From assembly GCA_046290465.1 (NCBI GenBank), contig JBKAGP010000001.1:3744001-3808000 (forward strand): 64,000 nt of DNA, given 5' to 3'. This DNA comes from Planctomycetota bacterium (lineage in GTDB: Bacteria > Planctomycetota > UBA1135 > UBA2386). A program made the position numbers and the translations under genes. Positions 58,545-64,000 of the stretch are shown here, piece after piece. Every line of letters starts with the position of its first letter. Position 1 is the first letter of the stretch. Below the pieces are notes generated by a model. It ran no database searches. It had not been told where the DNA came from and saw only the letters and a program-made list of their open reading frames with translations.

Positions 58545-60041
58545 CTACTCGAGCACGACGACGCGCGTCACCTGCTGGTTGACGCCGAGCCCGCCGATGG
58601 CGAACGCGACGATCGCGCGGCCGGCGTCGTCGAGGCCGCCGTGGAACTCGCCGATCGTCTGCATCGGCTCCGGGATCCGGTAGAGCAACCGGTCCAGCTC
58701 GCTCTGGGCGCGCGGCCGGCTGCGCTGAAACGCGAGTTCCCTGCCGTCGGCGCTGCGCAGCAGCCCCCAGGTCTCGGCCCGCACCGGCGACTGCAGCAGC
58801 TTGCGTTCGAACGTCGTCGCCGAGAACGCGTTGGGGATGCTGACCCAGCCGTCGCGTTCGAGCCGCACGAACTGCCGGTAGGCGTTGCCGATGCCGCTGA
58901 CGTTGAGTTCGACGACCGTCGAGCCGGCGACGCCGGTCCGCACCGCCTCGATGCCGAGGAACGTGAAGCCGGGCCCCGGCTCCCAGACCACCAGGTCGAC
59001 GGCGTCGCCGAGCCCGGTCTCCGGCTCGAACCGCCGGCCGCGCAGGATCCACCGCGGGTCGTCGCGCACGGTCCACAGCAGCCAGCCGCTGCCGTCCGCG
59101 GCCACGTCCCAGCGCGGCTGCGGCGTCAGGCCGGCTTCCTCGAACTCCAACGGCACCTGGCTGCCCGCCGCGAAGCGAACGAAGCGCAGCTTGCCCGGCT
59201 CGCCCCACGCGCCCGACACCGCCCCGTCGTCGGCGATGCGCGGCGTCGGCCCGTAGATCGTCACGTACGGGATGCGGTCGAAGGCCAGCCCGTCCGCGCC
59301 GAGCACCCAGAAGCCACCCTGGCCGGGGAGCACGGTGTTCTCGCGCGTGAACGTCACCACGTCGCCGCGCGTGTTGAGGTCGATCGGCCCGCTGGTCGCC
59401 GGCATCAGCACGCGGTCGCGTTCGCCGTCGAGACCGGTGCGCACCAGCCACTGCTCGGTGGCCACCGGGTCGTACTCGACCTGCACCGCGCGGCCGTCGC
59501 CGAACGGCAGCGCGTCAGGTCGCAGGTTGGTGGACCGTTCGACGGTGCCGGTGGCGGTGACCTCGAACCACCGCTGGTCCGCGCAGACGGCGCTGCGACC
59601 GTTGGGCCAGACCATCACCCGCTCGACGGTGACGCCCGCGAGGTCGTAGCTGCGCAACGTCGCCGCTTCGCGCACGGCGAAGCGAGCCACGGGTCCCTGC
59701 GTCCGCGACGCGATCTCGACCGTGCTGCCGCGCGGCAGCTGGTTCTGCGGAACCCAGCGCCAGGTGCCGCCGCCGACCAGCACGAACGTGCCGGGCAGCT
59801 GGTTGACGCCATCGCCGACGGTGACGTCGCCGTTGGGCGAGCCGCCGATCGGCAGCGCGACCTCGATGCGCACCTCGGCCGTCGGTTCGACGTCGGCGGC
59901 GCCGTCGGCCGGCTCGGTGCGCAGGATCGTCGGAGTGGTCGCGAACGGCGCGTTGGCGCCGCCGCCGTTGCTGCAGGCCGCGAACGTCGCCGCGGCCAAC
60001 AGCACGCAGACGGACGGACGCAGGGGTTTCGAGGGGGTCAT
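58545..60041 (-). CDS. Ig-like (Big_5) domain lipoprotein, paralog 2
   Basis: Lipobox FAAC; TEPADGAADVEPT; WVPQNQLPRG. Confidence 0.75.
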   Translation of the reverse strand: MTPSKPLRPSVCVLLAAATFAACSNGGGANAPFATTPTILRTEPADGAADVEPTAEVRIEVALPIGGSPNGDVTVGDGVNQLPGTFVLVGGGTWRWVPQNQLPRGSTVEIASRTQGPVARFAVREAATLRSYDLAGVTVERVMVWPNGRSAVCADQRWFEVTATGTVERSTNLRPDALPFGDGRAVQVEYDPVATEQWLVRTGLDGERDRVLMPATSGPIDLNTRGDVVTFTRENTVLPGQGGFWVLGADGLAFDRIPYVTIYGPTPRIADDGAVSGAWGEPGKLRFVRFAAGSQVPLEFEEAGLTPQPRWDVAADGSGWLLWTVRDDPRWILRGRRFEPETGLGDAVDLVVWEPGPGFTFLGIEAVRTGVAGSTVVELNVSGIGNAYRQFVRLERDGWVSIPNAFSATTFERKLLQSPVRAETWGLLRSADGRELAFQRSRPRAQSELDRLLYRIPEPMQTIGEFHGGLDDAGRAIVAFAIGGLGVNQQVTRVVVLE

Positions 60042-60100
60042 GTTCTCTCCAGTCGACTCACGGGTCCGGCGACCGCCGCAGAGCTTACCCGATCCCGCAC

Positions 60101-61666
60101 CTACTCGAGCACCACGACGTGCGCGGCGGTCGCGGCGTTGCCCGGCTGCACGGTCTGGTAGACCGAGAACATCCGGCCGCTCTCGTCGGCGAGCGGGCCC
60201 TCGGTGAGCTCCCACAGCGGATCGATCGGCGCCAACGGGATGCCGGGATCGGCGATCTGCTCGCTCTCGGTGCCGGGTCGGCTGCGCCAACCGATCGCGA
60301 CCGTCGCGTACGGCGCGAGCAGCAGGTACGGCCGCACCCAGAACTCGGCGCGGCCCGGCGCCAGGATGATCTCGTTGGTGCCGCTGCCGGTCGCGTAGGC
60401 CCACGGCTCGCTGGTCCAGCCGTCGGGCTCGACGCGCAGCGCCTCCTGACGGGTCGAGTAGACGCCGACGCCCTGGGTCTGCAGCCGCAGCAGCACCGAG
60501 CCACCGCGGCCGGCGAGCGCCGCGAAGCGATCGGGTTCGAACGACAGCAGCGGCAGCGCCAGGCGGTCCGCCCACCGGTGCAGTTCGACGGCCGCCCCGA
60601 GCCCGACTCCGGGTTGGTAGCGGGCGCCGTAGAGCGTGCCCGAACCGCCGAGGAGCGGGCCCGGCGACTCGACCTCGAACCAGAACGCCCAGCCGGCGCC
60701 GTGCTTGTCCTGCGCCACGTAGGTGTACAGGAAGCCCTCGGGCAGCGCCGTGATCTCGGCGTCCAGGCTGCCGCGCGCGAAGCGGCGCAGCTCGGGCTGC
60801 GGCAGGTCCGCCACGATCGACACGGCGCCGTCGTCGGCGATGTGCGGCAGGCGGAACACCGCCAGCTGCGGCTCGACGTCGGTCGGACCCGCCAGCTCCC
60901 AGGCCACCGCGTCGTGGTCGAGCCGCCACAGGCCGCGCTCGGACGGCTCCGGGTGCGAACCCGACACGAACATCACGAAGTCGCCGCGGCCGTTGACCGC
61001 CACCGGCCCGGTCACCGAAGGCGGCAGCGTGCGGTCACGTTCGCCGTCGAGCCCGCCGCGCACGCTCCACCACTGCTGGCTGCTCGGGTCCTGTTCGTAC
61101 CACAGCGCCTCGCCGTCGCCGTAGGCGAAGATCGTGTCCGGCATCTGCACGAAGCGCTCGACCAGGCCGCCATCGGTGACCTCGAACCAGCGTCCGTCGG
61201 CACGCAGCGCCGCACGCCCGTTGGGCCAGACCCGCAGCGCGCTCGCCGTCATGCCCGGCAGTTCGTAGCTGCGCTGCGCATCGGCCTCGCGCACCGAGAA
61301 CGACGCGACGGCACCCTGCGATCGCGAACGGATCTCGATGCGGTTGCCGCGCGGCAGTTGGCCGAGCGGCTGCCATCGCCAGCGGATCCCACCGAGCGCC
61401 ACCAGTTCGCCGTCGAGCTCGTTGCCGCCATCGTAGACGGTGATGTCGCCGACCGGCGTGCCGCCCTCGGGCAGCGCGATGTCGAGCAGCACCGGTGCGG
61501 TCGGTTCCACATCCACCGCGCCGTCGGGCGGCGAGGTGGTCAGGATCGTCGGCGTCGACACGGTCGGGATCGACGGACCGCCGCCGCCGCCACTGCAGGC
61601 TGCCGCGACTCCCAGGACGACCACGAGCGTGCCGAACGTCCGCATCGAGGGCAGCGGGGTCGGCAT
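60101..61666 (-). CDS. Ig-like (Big_5) domain lipoprotein, paralog 1
   Basis: Lipobox AAAC; TSPPDGAVDVEPT; WQPLGQLPRG. Confidence 0.75.
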   Translation of the reverse strand: MPTPLPSMRTFGTLVVVLGVAAACSGGGGGPSIPTVSTPTILTTSPPDGAVDVEPTAPVLLDIALPEGGTPVGDITVYDGGNELDGELVALGGIRWRWQPLGQLPRGNRIEIRSRSQGAVASFSVREADAQRSYELPGMTASALRVWPNGRAALRADGRWFEVTDGGLVERFVQMPDTIFAYGDGEALWYEQDPSSQQWWSVRGGLDGERDRTLPPSVTGPVAVNGRGDFVMFVSGSHPEPSERGLWRLDHDAVAWELAGPTDVEPQLAVFRLPHIADDGAVSIVADLPQPELRRFARGSLDAEITALPEGFLYTYVAQDKHGAGWAFWFEVESPGPLLGGSGTLYGARYQPGVGLGAAVELHRWADRLALPLLSFEPDRFAALAGRGGSVLLRLQTQGVGVYSTRQEALRVEPDGWTSEPWAYATGSGTNEIILAPGRAEFWVRPYLLLAPYATVAIGWRSRPGTESEQIADPGIPLAPIDPLWELTEGPLADESGRMFSVYQTVQPGNAATAAHVVVLE

Positions 61667-61849
61667 CGCCGACGAGTATCGCACGACCGGACGCAGGTAA
61701 CAGGTCCCCTGGACGCGCCTCGCTGCTGCGCAACGAGCGCGCCGGTGCGCGCACGCCCCACGGCCGCCGTGGCAGGGAACTCCCACGAAGCGTGCCCGCC
61801 GCGGGCGAACGGTCGCTATCCTGTTCGCCCCCGAACCGGGACCAACGCC

Positions 61850-63580
61850 GTGACCGACCTGCACCAACATCTCCGCGAGCGCGTGCTCGCCGCCGTCGCC
61901 GAACTCGGCCTCGACCGCTCGCAGGTCGAAGGCCTCGTGCGCCTCGATCCGCCGAAGAACCGCGACCACGGTGACGTGGCGCTCGGCTCGTTCCAGCTGG
62001 CCAAGCTCGCCAAGCAGCCGCCGCCGGCGTTCGCCGCCGCGCTGGTCGAGAAGATCACCCCCGACGACGTCATCGAGTCGGCGCAGGCGGCCGGTCCGTT
62101 CGTCAACTTCAGGTTCCGGCGCGCGGCGATGGCCAGGCAGGTGCTGACCGCGATCTGCACGGATGCGGCGCCCTACGGCAAGGCCGCGAGCAACGAGCAG
62201 GTCGTGTGCATCGACTTCAGCTCGCCGAACATCGCCAAGCCGTTCCATATCGGCCACATGCGCAGCACGGTGCTCGGCAACGCGCTGTGTCGCATCCACC
62301 GCCACCTCGGCGCCGAGGTGCACGGCATCAACCACCTAAGGGACTGGGGGATGCCGTTCGCGAAGATGATGACGGCGTACATGCACTTCGGTGACGAGGC
62401 CGAACTGCACAAGTCCCCGATGCGCTACATGTTCGAGCTCTACAAGCGGTACGGCAAGGAGGCCGAGGCCAACCCGGAGCTCGACGTCGAGGCCGCCCGG
62501 CACTTCAAGGCGCTCGAGTCCGGCGAGGACAACGAAGAACGCCGCATGTGGCAGCTGCTGCGCGACGAATCCCTGGAGGCGTTCCAGGGTCCGTACTCGC
62601 GTCTCGGCGTGACCTTCGACCACATCACCGGCGAGTCGTTCTTCGAGGACAAGATGGAAGCCGCGATGCAGCGCGTCGAGGCCGCTGGCGTACTCGAACA
62701 GAGCGAGGGAGCCGAAGTCGTCACGCTCAAGGAGCAGGGCATCAAGGTCCCGTGCCTGCTGCGCAAGTCGGACGGCACGACGCTCTACCACACTCGCGAC
62801 CTGGCGGCGGCCTTCTACCGCGAAGAGCAGTACCACCCGACGCGCATCCTCTACATCGTCGGGGCCGAACAGAAGCTGCACTTCGCGCAGCTGAAGGGTG
62901 TGCTCACCAAGATGAAGGAGCCGGTCGCCGACGCGGTCGAGCACGTGCCGTTCGGCCTGGTGCTGTCGAAGGGCCCGGAGGGCAAGTGGGAGAAGTTCGC
63001 GTCGCGCAGCGGCAACGCGGTCTTCCTCGACGAGATCCTCGACGAATCCGTCAACAAGGTGCAGAAGGTCATCGCCGAGAAGAACCCCGATCTCGACGAC
63101 AAGGACGCCGTTGCCGAGCAGGTTGGCGTGTCGGCGATCGTCTTCAACGACCTGAAGAACGGCCGCATCAAGGACGTCAAGTTCGACTGGGACACGATGC
63201 TCAACTTCGAGGGTGAGACCGGGCCGTACGTGCAGTATGCCTGCGCCCGCCTGAGCTCGATCCTGCGCAAGGCCGGCGGCGACGTCCCGGACGTCACCAG
63301 CATCGACTTCGCCCATCTCGCCGACGCCGAGAACGTGCTGCTGACGATGATGGCGTTCGGCAGTGCGGTGCAGCGCGCCGCCGACCAGTCGGAGCCGAGC
63401 GTCGTGACCAACTACACGATCGCGCTCGCCGGCGAGATCCACAGCTACCTGGTCGACCACCACGTGCTCGGCGCCGAGCCGGCCGTTCGCGACGCGCGCC
63501 TGGTGCTCGTCGACGCCGCCCGCAAGCTGCTGACGACCGGCCTGGACCTGATCGGGATCGCGGCGCCCGAGCGCATGTAG
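61850..63580 (+). CDS. argS: Arginine--tRNA ligase
   Basis: DFSSPNIAKPFHIGH, KSDGTTLYHTRDLAA, FEGETGPYVQYA, C-terminal PERM. Confidence 0.97.
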   Translation: MTDLHQHLRERVLAAVAELGLDRSQVEGLVRLDPPKNRDHGDVALGSFQLAKLAKQPPPAFAAALVEKITPDDVIESAQAAGPFVNFRFRRAAMARQVLTAICTDAAPYGKAASNEQVVCIDFSSPNIAKPFHIGHMRSTVLGNALCRIHRHLGAEVHGINHLRDWGMPFAKMMTAYMHFGDEAELHKSPMRYMFELYKRYGKEAEANPELDVEAARHFKALESGEDNEERRMWQLLRDESLEAFQGPYSRLGVTFDHITGESFFEDKMEAAMQRVEAAGVLEQSEGAEVVTLKEQGIKVPCLLRKSDGTTLYHTRDLAAAFYREEQYHPTRILYIVGAEQKLHFAQLKGVLTKMKEPVADAVEHVPFGLVLSKGPEGKWEKFASRSGNAVFLDEILDESVNKVQKVIAEKNPDLDDKDAVAEQVGVSAIVFNDLKNGRIKDVKFDWDTMLNFEGETGPYVQYACARLSSILRKAGGDVPDVTSIDFAHLADAENVLLTMMAFGSAVQRAADQSEPSVVTNYTIALAGEIHSYLVDHHVLGAEPAVRDARLVLVDAARKLLTTGLDLIGIAAPERM

Positions 63581-63709
63581 GCGACGGCGCCGCCCGGTGC
63601 ATCAGCGGGCCTTAGCCTGCAGCACGGTCTCGAGCTGCTGCATTGGCGAGACGTCTCCCGACCACATGGTCCACCAGCTCTGCGCCGCCGACAAGGCCGT
63701 CGGGCCGCC

Positions 63710-64000
63710 TCAGCTCGCGGCGAGTTCCACCAGCCGCGAAGCCGCCGTCGGACCGCGGCCGAGGACCGTGCGGTGCACGGCGAACACCGGCGTCGGCGCG
63801 ATCGACACGGCTTCGACGCGGCGCAGGTCGCCACCGTGCTGCGCCGCGAGCACGTCGGGCAGCACCGCCAGCATGCCCTGGGTCAGGCACAGCTCGAGGC
63901 CGACGCGCAGCTGGTCGGCCGTGACCGCGATGCGTCGCTGCAGCTCGGGTGGCCAGCCGTCGGGGGTCGTGCCGTCCCGCAGCTGCGGCGGCGCGACGAA
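63710..64000 (-). CDS. LysR-type regulator, C-terminal part; starts outside window
   Basis: Manual translation FVAPP...DGWPPELQRRIAV...LAVLPDVLA...VFAVHR...LVELAAS*. Confidence 0.5.
   Translation of the reverse strand, partial: FVAPPQLRDGTTPDGWPPELQRRIAVTADQLRVGLELCLTQGMLAVLPDVLAAQHGGDLRRVEAVSIAPTPVFAVHRTVLGRGPTAASRLVELAAS

Overview
High-GC (about 70%) bacterial chromosome segment, probably Planctomycetota, judging from the ECF sigma/Ser-Thr kinase pair, lamin-tail, DUF1579 and many secreted hypothetical proteins. It holds about 45 genes. Housekeeping genes include a ctaA-like heme A synthase, rsmD, moaA, an ABC-F ATPase and argS. There are also peptide ABC permeases with an MpaA-like amidase, signalling proteins and many exported proteins. 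I found no rRNA, tRNA, CRISPR array or transposase. The strongest find is a secreted FG-GAP/VCBS repeat gene that the ORF track splits in two: it has an in-frame TGA (W-UGA-C) followed at once by a bacterial SECIS-like hairpin, so it is a candidate selenoprotein with a vicinal Sec-Cys motif. Other notable loci: a coupled DUF3419 / HO-like diiron enzyme / GNAT operon; a GGT / 7TM / deiminase operon; a ubiquitin-like GG-ending protein next to a DUF4132 giant; an ethylene-receptor-type c-di-GMP enzyme; a C-terminal domain recurring on unrelated secreted proteins; and a REP-like 53-bp element at pseudogene junctions. All family assignments come from motif recognition by eye, not database searches.
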